Under the pieces are notes generated by a model. It was not told the DNA's origin and ran no database searches. It was given only the letters and a program-made list of their open reading frames with translations. Below are positions 1 to 13,700 of a stretch of 64,000 bases of DNA, piece by piece; the first letter of the stretch is position 1, and every line of letters begins with the position of its first letter. Location of the stretch: assembly GCF_009914755.1 (NCBI RefSeq), contig NC_060934.1; one strand, written 5' to 3'. Source of the stretch: the human T2T-CHM13v2.0 reference genome, Homo sapiens. The position numbers were made by a program, and so were the translations under genes.

Positions 1-1055
1 GTGTTTGAACTCAGCTATTTCTTTCATTTCCCTGAGGCATTCCAGCAGGGCTGTGCCCTCAGGCCTTCCTGTCTTGCTACCCCATTCTGTTTATGTGGGG
101 CCACTGGCCTCCTTACTAATTTTCCATTTCTGCCCTTGGAGAAAGGAGGGGAGGACCTAGAGGGGGTTGGAGTCCAGGGAGAAGGGCTGTTCCCCTCCCA
201 CACACACACAGCCCTGGCCCTGGCTTTGTTTGTAAACTCCTGGGTGGGCGGTGAGGTTGGGCATTGGGCAGCACCGCTTGGACCAGAAAAGGGCCCAGAG
301 AGGCCAAAGTGAGGATTTGTGGCCCAGGCCAAGGGTTGGAATGGGAAGATTAGGATTTCTTGCCCCCTCTCCCCTCATATCTAACCCCAGAGAGGGAGTG
401 AGCTAAGCTGGGCTCCGGGGCGGGAAGCAGGTTCTTTCTCTGGATGCCTCAGCGTAGGGGGCCTCTGCACAGCAGAGATAGGTTTCATGATCTCACCTTC
501 AGTTGTTTGTTTGGAATTGTGGCTGGCAGCTCTCTGGGGTAAAAAGGACAGTGTAGGGAGAAAGGGTTCTTGTTTGGTGCCCCAGTTCTGTGAATGTTGG
601 GAAGAACCCCTACCCTCTAACTCATCTTTGTCCTGCATTTTCGGGGTGGCAGTAAGCGAGTGGGGGGAAGACAAATGCTCAGAGGCAGGATTGGTGAGAA
701 TGGGAATCACAGTTCCCTCAGAGCTGCAGACCCACTCCAGGGCAGACCTGTCTCTACTCTTCTGCGCTGCCCTGGGAGCCACGAGGTGCTGCTGGGCCTA
801 GCAACAGAGGAGTCAGAGCCTAGAGACCAGCAGAGGCGGACCGGTGGGAGAGGGCGTTGGGGAGCTGAATCTGGGTGGCTTGGAAGCTCTGGGGCCAAGA
901 GGGGTCAGTCCTCTCACTTCCTGCCCTCAGGATCCCATTTCAGCCTTTTCCTGCCATAACCCCAACCCCCTGACCCAGAGCCTCAGGCAAGTGAGGCTAG
1001 CAGGGAGGCAGGGAGGCCCCTCTAGATCCAGGAACAAGGACCCTTGGATCCCAAT

Positions 1056-1087
<32 letters not shown>
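1056..1087. repeat. (GA)n microsatellite
   Basis: Direct sequence. Confidence 0.9.
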
Positions 1088-2829
1088 TTCCTCCCATACT
1101 TCCACACCCTTCCTGTCCTCTTCAGTCTTTGCATCGCATCTGGTACTAGCCCACAGGATAGGACTTTAAGGACAAGCCAATCCCCTGCTGTTGCCCATCT
1201 CCCAGATCCTCAAGACCAGCGGAGTTCAGGGTTACTGGGAAGCTGACAGGAAGGGGAACATGAACTGGGGAGCAGAGGGGTCCCTCTGCTTGGCGTGTTC
1301 TTAATGTCTTATCCTGCTGGCTAGTACTGAGATCTTTAGTCTTCAGCCACACCATGTCAAAAGGAACACGACGTCTCACAATCATCTGCTGAGTTACCTC
1401 CACCACCAACACCAAACCTCTTCTTCCCTGGCTGACCTGTACCTGCTGTCCAATCCTATGGCTTGGCTCTTTTGACCTAATTGGTTGGCCTCTTGGTTAA
1501 ACACACTTGGGCACACCATATGGCTGGGGTGTGGAGTGCAGTGTGAGGTGCAGGGATGTGGGGAAGTCTGTGGTATCACCCTGTGTTTTGTTGTTTTGAT
1601 TCACCCAGATCCCCTTATCCAGGCCACCTTTGGAAACCAGCCCACCTGCTACACCAACCTTTTCCCAACACCGTGGTCCCACCCCTACCTTCGCTGCTGA
1701 AAAACCGCATTGTGTGGGGGTCTGGAATCTTCTGGACTCCTGGGACCCCAATCCGCTTGCCTCTTGTACCCCTCTTGCAGAGCAATGAGGTATGTTTTGG
1801 GTTTGTGTACTGACCCCTACCTGCCTCCTCTGCCAGACCTGAGGGCAGGAGCCTTCCTCTGGGTATTCCAGTTCATCTCGGACCTTCGAAGTCCTAGGAG
1901 ACACCGGGCTCCCGCTGAATATCGGTTGAATGACTTTCCATAGAGCAAATGGGGTATACATGATTGTGCAATGTGGAGGGGAATGGTTTGGGCCCCTCAG
2001 AGGAGTTTAGAGATTAGGAGGATTCCAGAAATGAGTAACACAGGGTCAGTGGGGGTAGAGCCAGCCCTGACATTCTGGGCTCCAATCTTTCTGCCCAATC
2101 CCCTACTGAGCCCCCATGCTGGGGCAAGGCAGACACTCTGGGGGTCTCCCCACCCCCAGTCAGCTGGGCCAGCATCTTCTCACCTGGAGCTGAAAGCAGC
2201 TGATTCCCAGAGTCTGCTCCACAGAGGGAATACCTGTCTTCAGAGCATAATCTATATGCTACCATGATCCTCAATTCCTGTTTGCTGCTTAAACAGCCAG
2301 GGTCCAGGTTTATTCTTTCTCAGTGGATAGGGAAGGGATCATTCTGCCAAAAATCTGCTTTCCCTCAGTTTAGGGAATATTCCAGACAAAGAAGAGGGAA
2401 ACAGCATTTCATGAATTGCCACAATAAGGGGACCCTGCAGACCCAAACAAAACAGGTTAAACCTTAACACAGGAGAAGAATTCGCTTAAACCCCCAAAGA
2501 CTCCATTGGATTCACTCTGGATTGTTTTGGTACCCCCATTCATTTCCAGATTATTTGTATAAGCACCAGCATTGACTCTCAGGCCAGAGTTCCTTTAGAG
2601 AAAAGGGTCTGACACTGCTTGAAACAAGTTAACTTGGCCAGCAGTGCGGATCATTTTACTGTTGTTGTTGTTGTCCCATGAAGACCTGCTACTCTGACAC
2701 TCTGTGTGGAATTCAGAGTGTTTCTTCTCCTATGGAAGTGGACTATGATAAACGGCCTCCTGCCACCCAGGCTAAGTCAGGACTGCCCACTTGGTTTTTA
2801 CATTTTGCCCTGGGCCACTGTCTGCAGTA

Positions 2830-3045
2830 ACAGCAACAATAACCATGACAATAAATACCATAAGCCCTTACCTTGTGCCTGGCTCCAGGCTAAGAGTTTT
2901 ATTCATTTCATTTATTACTCACAATCTTTCTAGGTAGCTATGCTCTTACCCCGATTTTACATAACAGGAAAATGAGGCCCAGAGAAGTTAAGTAACCCAT
3001 CCAAAGTCACACAGCCTGTTTTGGAGTGATCAGGATTGGAACACT
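2830..3045 (-). mobile_element. MIR SINE remnant
   Basis: ATTTTACATAACAGGAAAATGAGGCCCAGAGAAGTTAAGTAACCCATCCAAAGTCACACAGC matches the MIR core. Confidence 0.75.
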
Positions 3046-3099
3046 GTCCTTTTGTTTTGTTTTGTTTCTTATTCAAGTCTGTCCCCTTAATTCCTGAAC

Positions 3100-3285
3100 C
3101 AGGGGGTTCTTAACCAGAGGTCCCCCAAGGGCTCTTTGAATGGGCTTCAGGGGCTCTGTAAATCTCAGAAATTTATATGTGTACCCAGGTGGGCACATTT
3201 TTCTGGGAGCAATATTATATAACACCCAGGATTCTCAAAGCGGGTGGGGATCCAGAAAAGGTAAAGGCTGGAATCAGGCCACTGT
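3100..3285. mobile_element. hAT-Charlie family non-autonomous DNA transposon remnant
   Basis: Begins CAGGGGGTTCTTAACC and contains GATTCTCAAAG...AAAAGGTAAAG, resembling Charlie-MITE termini; subfamily uncertain. Confidence 0.5.
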
Positions 3286-4349
3286 AGGGAAGGGAGGCAA
3301 GCCACTGGGGAAGGGGGATGGAAGCGGCCTCCTCCCAGGCCTGGGGAGCAGGGAGGCAGCTGCTTCAAAATTCAGGCTGGGCTCCAAGCCTGCTCCTGGA
3401 CCTGCCCTGCTTTTTCTGGCCACACCCAGCTCTTAGGACCTCAGCTGGCAGGAAGACGTGGGGCACCATCTGAGGGCAGGACACTCCTTTGGTCCCCTCC
3501 CTGATTCTCCCCTTCCCTACTTCTTTTGTGAGCTGAATTCCTTCAGAGCACTGTGACAAGGTGACCATACCACATGCACCAGCCTCCTCCAGGCACTGTA
3601 ATCCTGCTTGGAAGGAGCGGGGAGTGCTTGCCCTTTGGAAGTACTGGGGGACATAGACAGACCACTGAGTGACAGAGACAGGAAGGGAGGAGAAGAGACA
3701 AGTTCCCAGAGATGCTCAAGTCCTGGGTGCCCACTCTCTGCAGCCTCTAGAACAGCCTTCTCTTTTGGTTCCAAGCTTTTGCTCCCCTCATCCAAGGGTT
3801 GGGATGATTTGTGTCCCTTCCTTTCCTGGCACCTCCTGCTCTGTCTCTAGTGCTCAACTCATTTCCTGGGGGAAACCTTCTCTGCCCTGTTCAGCTCCTC
3901 TGCGCTCCTTAGCACATTCCCCTGGATGTCACTGTCATATTGCCAAGAATGTGTTGCTTTGTCTGTCTGTCCTGCCTCTCTCTCTCCATCTGTTGTGAAC
4001 TTGGGAAGGAAGGACCTGAATCACCTCTCCATGCCCCTATGCCAGCCCAGCATACACCAAGGGGTCCAAGCATTTGTTGAGTAAATAAACTAAATAAATA
4101 AACAAGGGACAAAAATGGAGCCAGACAGGGAACTTAGCCTGTGCCTCAGAGAGAGGACCAGGGGTAGGTGTATTGGTTTTGCCAGCTGCCTGCAGATGCG
4201 TGCGGTGCTCCTACTGCTCACACCAATATACTCAGAGGGGCCCAGAAGCCTCATTCTCTAATGCTTTTTGGCTATGGAGTGAGTTTCCTGGGTTGTGGAC
4301 CCAGCTGTGGTGGTGTGGTCTGACTTAGTAATGAACTTCCTTCATTTGC

Positions 4350-4577
<228 letters not shown>

Positions 4578-4586
4578 TAGGATTAA

Positions 4587-4920
<334 letters not shown>

Positions 4921-5599
4921 AAAATAGGATTGACCCCCCCATCATTCGTTGGGCCCAGAAGCAGAGAGGAAGAATGGACAGAAGATGGGAGGTGATGGGC
5001 AGGCAGGAGTGGCAGGAAACAGACACCCACACGCCACTCCAGTAGCCCAGGGGTCTGTGAAGAGGATAAAGGAACCTAAGTGAGCATGTGTGTGTGTGTT
5101 GGGGGGGGGGCGCGGTGTGGGGGGAGAGTCTGGTTCTGTTCCTGATGGAGGTGGCATTTGAGTTGAACTTTGTAAAACCAGGAGCATGTAAATAGGTGCA
5201 GGAGCAGGGACCATCCTGGAGGCAAAGGGAACAGCCGAGCACAAGCCCGAAGATGCCACCCTAAGAGAGGTTCCAGAGTTCCCTATAGCTCCTCCCTCTG
5301 TTGTCCTGGCGGTGAGCTACTGGGTAAGGGTGAAACCCTTAGTCTCTTGTTTATCGGCAGCAGGTCTGCAGCCTAGAGCCAGGGGCCGCTGGACTCCTGG
5401 GATGGCTATTTACTTATTTATGGGGTGGGGTGAGGGGTGGGGATGGGATGAGAGAGGCTGCTTTCCTGGGCCTACAATTGGAGTTCCCTTCTCCTTGCCA
5501 TCCCCAGAAACTCCAAGAGCTGACCCTCTGTCTTACTAACTCAAACGGCCCAGAAACATCAAAGTCTGACCAAAAACCGTTAATGGTAGTCAGCTCCCT

Positions 5600-7000
5600 C
5601 CCTTTCACAGAGGTCTCACTACTGTCGGGGGGCGCCGGGCGCAGGCCGGGCATGGGGCCTGAGCTTAGGCCAGGTGGAAAGGTGGAAGGACCTAGTGGGG
5701 ACAGACGAAGAGACCGAGGAGCCGCCCGCCCGGCTAAATGGACACAGGAAAGGCCTGAGTCAGGCTTCTCATAATAAATAAACTGCACGTGAATAATTCA
5801 GCAGTCGCGCGGGGGCCGGTTGCATCAGCGCCGCCGCCGCCGCGCGGCGCCCAATTCCCCGCGGAGGGGAGTAGCCAATTAAGGCACTTGAAAAGGGAGT
5901 CGGGTGGAAGATCCCCCGCCCACCAGTATCCTGGATTTACCCAGGTCGAGTTCAGAGAGCCTCCCCGGTCCCAACCCCCTCGGGCCCCATGGGTCAGGGG
6001 GCCGCCTGCTGGGAAGTGCTACCTCAGCTAAGCCGCTCAGGTGTCCCGAGACTCCGGGCAAGGGAAGACAGGCGGCGAGACGGAGCCAGAATAAGGGATG
6101 CGGACGTCTGACCTGTGGAAAACCCAGCATCTGCAGTGCCCAGCCGCACAGGGAACGTGGGCGGCGTGGTTCCAAGCACAGTGAAGACGCCAGGCTCGGA
6201 TCTGTGCTCAGAGCCGGGATCCCTCCGGGCTGCTTCGTCCTGGCCAGGACTTTCCTTGCCCTGAAGTGAGGCGCCAGGGAAGCTGCAGGGCCCTCCGCCC
6301 TCTCTGAACTCCCACGTACTTGGGCCTCTCCCAGCCTTTCTTGGACCTGTGGATGCAATTCCTGCAGGACCAGACTCCCCTGTCTCCCCGCGGCCCCCTA
6401 GGTACACTCCGTAACTTCCGAAACCTTATTTCGTTTGAGCGAAACCCGGCCCCTTTGGCTCTTCCCACTTCCCACAAGTCCCTGGGTTCCCGATCCTGAG
6501 GGATTGCATTCATCCCATCTCACACCCACCAACGCTCAATCCCTCCAGTTCCTCCCCAGCCCCTTCACTTCCATTAATTAGGTCGACTCCCTTCCTTCGC
6601 CGCTCCCTCCTGTCCCCACTCAGCCTCCCTACACCTATGCGGCGAGCCTCGGGCCAAGACCTCCGCCCTGGCTCCGCCAGTCCTGCGGGGGCCGGCATGC
6701 ACCAGACCTCAAAAGGGATCTTCACGGGAATTCCGCATAGCCAGATCCCAAGCCTCCAGGGAGGCCACCAGCCCTCCCCCATCTTCTTCTTCCTCCTCCG
6801 TCTCCTTTCCTCTTCCCTCCGCCTCTACGTATTTCTTTCTATTCGTTTCTTTTCGTTTGGTGAGGTGCCACCCGCCACAGCCCTGTCCCCTAGGGAGAGG
6901 CCTGGACTAACTTTGCCGTCCTCGTGGCCTTAGCCCGGACTGTGAGTCTCGAGCGGCTTCCGAGAGGCAGCTCGGGTGTCTTCGCAGAGACAGATGAGGT
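5600..7000. promoter_or_regulatory. CpG island / developmental enhancer-like element
   Basis: High CpG density with GCC runs; CACGTG, CAATTA and NKX2-type CACTTGA at 5785-5891; TCF/LEF ACATCAAAG just upstream at 5556-5564. Confidence 0.8.
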
Positions 7001-7649
7001 GGGCTGGCGATTCCCTAGCCTCAGATGGCTCTGCCACCAGTCAGCTCTGTGATCCTGGGTAAGTCTTTCAACCTCTCTGAGTCTTGACGTTGGTAAAAGG
7101 CAGGAGATTTAGAGAAGGTGTTGGGAGACTAAATCTTTTCATTCGTTTGAGAAAGGGAGTCGCCTGTGTTGAGACCTAAGGAGGAAGTGAGGTTCTTGAG
7201 AATTCTAGATCTGAAATGGCCGTTTGTTTTAACGAGTATTTTGGGAGCAGCTGATAACTTTTTATTTTTATTTTTATTTTTTACAGCCGATGGGGTGCCA
7301 GGCATTAGAAACCTTCCCTCCAATCCTCACCATGTCTCCATTTTGCCAAAGAAGAAACTGAGGTTAAGGTCGCGATGCTCTGGCCAGCATCACAGGTGGG
7401 ATTCGAACGCAGATGGGGTTTGGAGCGGCTCTTGTGTTTAAGCCACACAGTCTGACGTTAGACGGGTGAATCCAGCCCTCGCAGGGCCTGGAGTGACCTA
7501 AGCCGAGAGGAGCTGGGCTGAATCTCCAGGCGTTCCTTTCTTTCTGCCCTAGGAAAGCTTTGAAATTCTTATTTTCAGGTAAACGATTTTGGCAGTGCCC
7601 GGAGAAAGATAGAAGTAAGACCTAAAGAGGAACTTTCCGCATGTTATGG

Positions 7650-8500
7650 GAGAGCCCCTGGGGCGAGGAGGCGAGGGCAGCCTTCCCCAGGCCAAGGGAG
7701 CAGCCATCGCTCTTGGATCTGTTTTTCCTCAAGCGTCTGTCCTGTGGGGCCTAGTCCCCAAGCGGCAGTCCTGGACCTAACGGGAGAAGGGGCTGGGGGA
7801 AGAGGGCGCACCCCCAGCCCGGGACCCACAGCAGCCCTAGCCAGTCCCCCACTCTCTCCCTCTGTAGGGGCCTCTCTCTGAGATCGGGTCCTCCTCCTGC
7901 AGGGCAGCAGAGTGGAAGCCAGGGCCTGGGACCCTCTGGCTGGGCAAGGAGGGACTGGAGTCCGGCTCCCGGTGACCCCGTCCCCAGTGCCAGCGGTGGG
8001 GTCGCCTGTGGCGGCCCGGACAGGCCACGGGTCCCTCTCCCCAAGTCCCATTACGTTGTATTTATGTTTCATTTTATAGTTTTTTTTTCCTCCTCCCTTA
8101 TTATTGTCTCACTCTGGGGGAGGCAAAGGATATAATATATTCATCTTTATTATACCAAATCTGTGTGAAGCATTTAATAAAACGCTGTTTCCACACAGCC
8201 AGGGATATTAGTGTGAGCTATCCTTAAGTTAATGCTCCTGGACTGAGGGCGCCGCTGCCACAGCGCCTGCTGCCGGCGGGTCGCGGGAAGCGTAGGCCCT
8301 GGCCGCCGCGCTCCCCGCGCGGGTCCAACGCCCTGGGTGCCCTTCTCGCCTGCGCCTTGAAGCCCCCACGCCCATCCTAGCGCGTCTCTCTGTGACCTCT
8401 CGGCCGCCAGCCTGGGAGGAGGGGTTTGGAAGAGCCGAATTCAAGCACCCTTCCTCTCCCCTGCCACACCCTGCATTTCGAATCCGCTGTGGGCCTTGGC
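7650..8500. promoter_or_regulatory. GC/CpG-rich segment flanking the poly(A) site
   Basis: CpG-dense at 7750-8040 and 8240-8440. Confidence 0.6.
8176..8181 (+). terminator. Polyadenylation signal AATAAA
   Basis: CATTTAATAAAACGCTGTTTCCACA, preceded by AT/U-rich sequence (8050-8175) that contrasts with the flanking GC-rich DNA. Confidence 0.6.
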
Positions 8501-9034
8501 TTGCATCTATGAAAATGGGAAGAATTCCATCACTGCCTCCCTCTCAGGGATCTTGAGAGGCCGAAGATGCCTTGAAGGTGGACAGGATTTTTTAAACAGG
8601 AAAGAAAAAATCGAGAATTTGTAAGGTCAGGATCAATGAGGGCCAGAGAGAAATAGAGAGGCTGCAGGAGTGGTTTCAGGCAACACAGAGCGAGCTGGAC
8701 CCCAGGCGAGCAGACAGGGTGCAACTCCAGTTTGGGCAGAACCCAGGAGGTTTCGGCATGCCTGGGCCTCACCCCAGCCCACGAAGACAGCTGAACCTAG
8801 TCAGGATCTCGGCCTGTCACAGTTGGCCCTCTCATAATCCTCCCTCTAGGTAGGAAAATAGTCTTTTTAAGTCCAGTTTTACAGCTAGCAAACTGAGGCT
8901 CACAAAGATCACGTGGCTTGTTTGAGGTGAACAAACTAGGAAGTAGTGTAGCTGGTCACACTGTCTTCCAGACTCCATGCCCCTCCCCGCCCCCATTCTC
9001 CAGGGTTTTTCTGTAAACCTTACATTCTGCCTTC

Positions 9035-9044
9035 TACACACGCG

Positions 9045-9084
<40 letters not shown>
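9035..9084. repeat. (CG)6-(CA)n alternating tract
   Basis: Direct sequence. Confidence 0.95.
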
Positions 9085-9085
<1 letters not shown>

Positions 9086-10645
9086 CCCTACCTGGAGATG
9101 CCCATGGGAAGGAGAAACACCCTCATTACTTTCTATATCCAGGCCCACTGCTCAGTGTCTTTCAGAGCCCACCACCTGGCTTCTTATAGGGCCCAGATCT
9201 GGGCACACCATTCTTACTTAGGCTGCTTGTACCTGTGCTGTAGGGGAGAGGGAGTTGGCTGTAACCAGGCAAAGCCAGGCAGAAGGAGTCATGCAGGACA
9301 GGCTTGAAGTGGGCAGGTGAGTCTCCCTGGCTAGAATCCATACTCTCCTAGGAATCTCAGTCTTCCTCTGCCCCCATCACCCCATCCCTGGGAGTGGGGG
9401 CTGCACAAGCTCAACACACATCCTGTAGGCTGCTGGTCAGAGCTCCTTTGGAGACTTAAGTTACTTGAGAAATCTGACAGTTCCCCCCTGGGGCTGGCTG
9501 GGGAGGAGGCACAGACTGTGTGGCAGGGCTAGGACTAGGGTGAGGCATGTGAGGTGCCATATTTAAGGAAGGCATCTGCTCTCAGCTCTGTGTGTGATCC
9601 CTTAGGTTTTGTGCCGTGGGCATCTCACTCGCCTCACCCTAGTCCCAGCTCTACTGTGTGGTCTGGGAGTTAGAATCAAGTCCAGTGAACTGCTGAGAGG
9701 GGACAGGGAGGCTGATTTCAGCTCATCCTTGAGAATGGCTTTCTGAAGGATCAAAGTGGAAACAATGGAATGAGCTTCCCCCAACACATGGAGTATGCAA
9801 GCAGGGCTTAGCGCTTGCTAAGAAGGAAAATAATCACGGTCTTATTGTCATCACCAATATTGTCCTCATTTGACCATCACTTTGTGTCAAGTAAAAGCTG
9901 TCATCACATTGTTTCATTTAATGTATATAAATATGTTTTAGCTGAATATGGGATATCAGAGTCTCTGACTTTGGGGTCCTTTCCAGCTCCAAGAGTCCAT
10001 TGTTGCATAAGACAAAGAGCACTTCTGTTGATTTTTGTTGGTTTGATGCATTGTCATTATTTGTGGACTTATAGTCTTATACTAATGGATAAGACTTTGA
10101 GGGCAGGGACTGTGTCTAATCACATTTTTTTAAATGATTCCCTCTCCTGTTCCATGCTGACCACGGGCCTGGGGCACATAGAAGCTGTTCAATAAATGTG
10201 TATCAAACAAACACATGAGTAAACCAGTGTCTAAAAGCTGTCTGCCTACCTGGCCATCTGCTTTCCGGGCTGTGACCGACAGAGCCACTAGGGTGGCCAC
10301 TGGGGGAACAAGAACCACCTCTGCAGTCATTATCCCCCTTATTCTACAGCTGAGCTGAGTTCAAGTGGGCATGTCTAGAGCCTCCCCTGACATCACATGC
10401 CTAGCCCTTTGCTAGTTTGTGGATAAGACAAGGGCCAGCCCAGGTTCTGCCTGTGCAGAAGGATCTCAAGACTCATACTGGACAAATCTCTTAAGAAACC
10501 ATTCAGATGGTGAGGGAAGCCTCTGCAGATCAGAGCAGAGAAGGGCCTATAGCCAGAGAAGCCTGGCTGGCAAAGCTGAGACTAGAGCTAGTCCTTGAAG
10601 CATGAGAAGAATTGAGTGGTTGGAGGGAAGAAATAGACAATTCTT

Positions 10646-11221
<576 letters not shown>

Positions 11222-11589
11222 CTAGGGCAGTCCCATTAGCTGCTGTAACAGGATGCCTTGGGGACTCCAAACTCAAGGGGCATGATCTTATTGGGAAACA
11301 AAGTGGACTCTTCTAATTGGCTTAGTCCAGGAAACCAGAGATCTGACCCAAGCACAGGAGCAACTTGGGTCTGCCTGAGACTTGCCCTCCAGGACTGGCA
11401 TGAGCAGCTGTCTTGGGTCCTCCCAAATCACAGCCTGAAGCCTGGCATTATCTGCAGCCCAGCAAGCACCCTGAGCTGGAACAGGTGTTGCCTACCAATA
11501 TACACCTTCACACCCCTCAATCCTCCCTTTTATTCTCTAATACAGGTGGGATCTGAGATTTTAGGCTAGACCCAGCTGGGGCAGGCCTC

Positions 11590-11960
11590 TGGAGGGTGGA
11601 GCCATGGTGCCTGCAGCAGTGCCAAACGAGCCAGCGTGTAGGCGTTACTGCGCCGGCCTGTCGCGGGGCGCAAGCCTGCCAAGGAGCCGGAGCGCTGTGC
11701 CGCGTGGAGGGTGTCAGGGGTGGTATTGTCGGCGCACAAATGCTCAACTTTATGTACTTTTAACTAGAGGTGTAACAGATGGCCCCGTTTCTGTCCAAGC
11801 CAGGGAGACTGGTGCCCATTCCGGCTGCAGCCAATCAATCCCGTCACTCTGGGGGGAGCTACAAGCTGGGCTGGGAGGCCTGGAGCCAGCAATTGCGCAA
11901 GGCTGTCTGCTCAGGCTGGCCCAGTGCAGCCTCCGCCAGCCGCTCAGCCATCGGCCTGGG
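11590..11960. promoter_or_regulatory. Small CpG-rich candidate enhancer
   Basis: Local CpG cluster; AACAGATGGC bHLH E-box (about 11775) and CAGCCAATCA CCAAT box (about 11828). Confidence 0.5.
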
Positions 11961-12364
11961 GAGGTAGGAGGTCAGGCAAGTGGCAGCCATGCCTGGAGCC
12001 TGGTCAGAGGCCTACCTGGGAGGGAGAGCCTGAAACCACTCATCAGACCCCACATGGCCAATGAGTACATCAAGGTGCCAACTCACTCCACTGTGTCCTC
12101 ATTCTCCTGTGGTCCTTGCTCAGGACCTAACTCCCAGATCTCTAGCTTCAAGAAGCTTTGGATCTATAGCCCTGTAGTGTCCTGTGTTATGGACAGCAGA
12201 CATTGCTCAGGACTGGGGGTGGGTAGTGATGCCATTGAGAAATAGTCACAGGACTGTGAAAGGCTTCAAGAAATGCCCAAGACAGCCTAAGAAGAAGAGA
12301 AAACAGCAGGAGCCAGGGATCCCAGAGCTGAGAGAAACTGTGGATTAATCTATTATTATATTTG

Positions 12365-12725
12365 TACAGTCAACAAACACTTAGTGAAAGCCTACTGTGA
12401 GCTAAGACTTTTATTAAGCACTGAGGACACAATGATGAATAAGACACAATTCCTGTCCTTGAGACCTTTTTGGGGGAAGACAGACAAGTACACGGGTAAT
12501 TGGAGCAATGAACTGGGGCCCATAAAATCTCCAAAAAGACTGCGGAAGCACAGAAGAAGAGCATTTAACTGCCTGAGAGATCCAAGGAAGATTCCAGTAG
12601 GGGGCTGGTTCTGAGCTGGGTTTTAAAAGACAGGTAGGAGTTTTCATGGGAGGTGAGGGCGAAGGGCATCGGAAAGGGAAGGGATGGCATGAGCAAAGAC
12701 ATGGTAAGAAAACATGGTGAAGGGA
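12365..12725 (-). mobile_element. L2 LINE 3' remnant
   Basis: CAACAAACACTTAGTGAAAGCCTACTGTG...GATGAATAAGACACAATTCCTGTCCT is typical of the L2 end. Confidence 0.65.
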
Positions 12726-13519
12726 AGTGTCTGAAAAGATGTGAGTGGAACTGGGGTCTGGGATTTGGGAGAAGGAGTGGAGGGGATGAGGCTGGGCAGG
12801 GGAGGGGGCAGGCCTAACCCTGTTTCAGCAGGCTGGCAACCTGACCCAGCAGGTGTCTTCCCCCAGTTGGCCCTTCTGTCACCTTCTGCCCCTTATCCTG
12901 GTGCCACAGGGAAGGAAAGTCCTAGCAGGGTGTAGGCAAGTGGTCCAGAGTGCTCCAGTCCTGGCCTGCCTTCTGTCCTGCGTTGAGGGACAGGGCTGTC
13001 AACGAACTCTCCCCTAACCGTCTACCCAATGGACTTCTGAGTCTCCTAAAAACAGCATTTCTGTAGGCTCCCCACAAAGGCTTTGGAACCTTATTCATTC
13101 ATTCATTCTTTTATTTACCAAGCATTGGGCATCAGCTGTCTTCAACGCCCAGGCAGGATACTGAGGTAGACAGACTATTGTGCTGGACTTCGAGAAGCTC
13201 AAGTCCAGACATGAGAGGAAGACAGGGGTCTGGGCAGGGGTCCTTCTGTTTGCAAGAAACAGAGGTTCACTTGAGTAATCACAAGAAAAAGGAAGGCCTT
13301 TTGTATTGAAAAACACGGCTTGTCATTGGAACTGGGCCCAGAAAGCACGCAGGGACCAAAGAAGCTCTGGGGACCAACTTCTCTCTCCTGGTCAGGTGGA
13401 AGGGAACCCCACAGGGTCTCTTTCTTCTTTATCTCTTTCTTCATTATTATTAATGAAATTAATAATTATTATCATAATAAGTGGAGGAAGAATAATTGTT
13501 AACAAATTCTGAGCCAGAT

Positions 13520-13700
13520 CTATTGATTTCCATGCTTATCTCCATTAATCCTCTTTAGAACACCGTGCAGTTAGTTAATATCATTACCCCCATTTTACAT
13601 ATGAGAACACCGAGGCTCAAGGAGGTTAGGTAAGCTGCTCCAGGTTCAAGCCAGGAAGTGGCAGAGTAAGGATTCTCACTCAGGTCAGCCTCCCAAGCTC
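13520..13700 (-). mobile_element. MIR remnant
   Basis: CCCCATTTTACATATGAGAACACCGAGGCTCAAGGAGGTTAGGTAA. Confidence 0.7.

Noticed and set aside
11604-12245. 213-aa + strand ORF
   Set aside because: No recognisable domain, composition typical of GC-rich non-coding DNA, no clear exon context; would need PhyloCSF or Ribo-seq support
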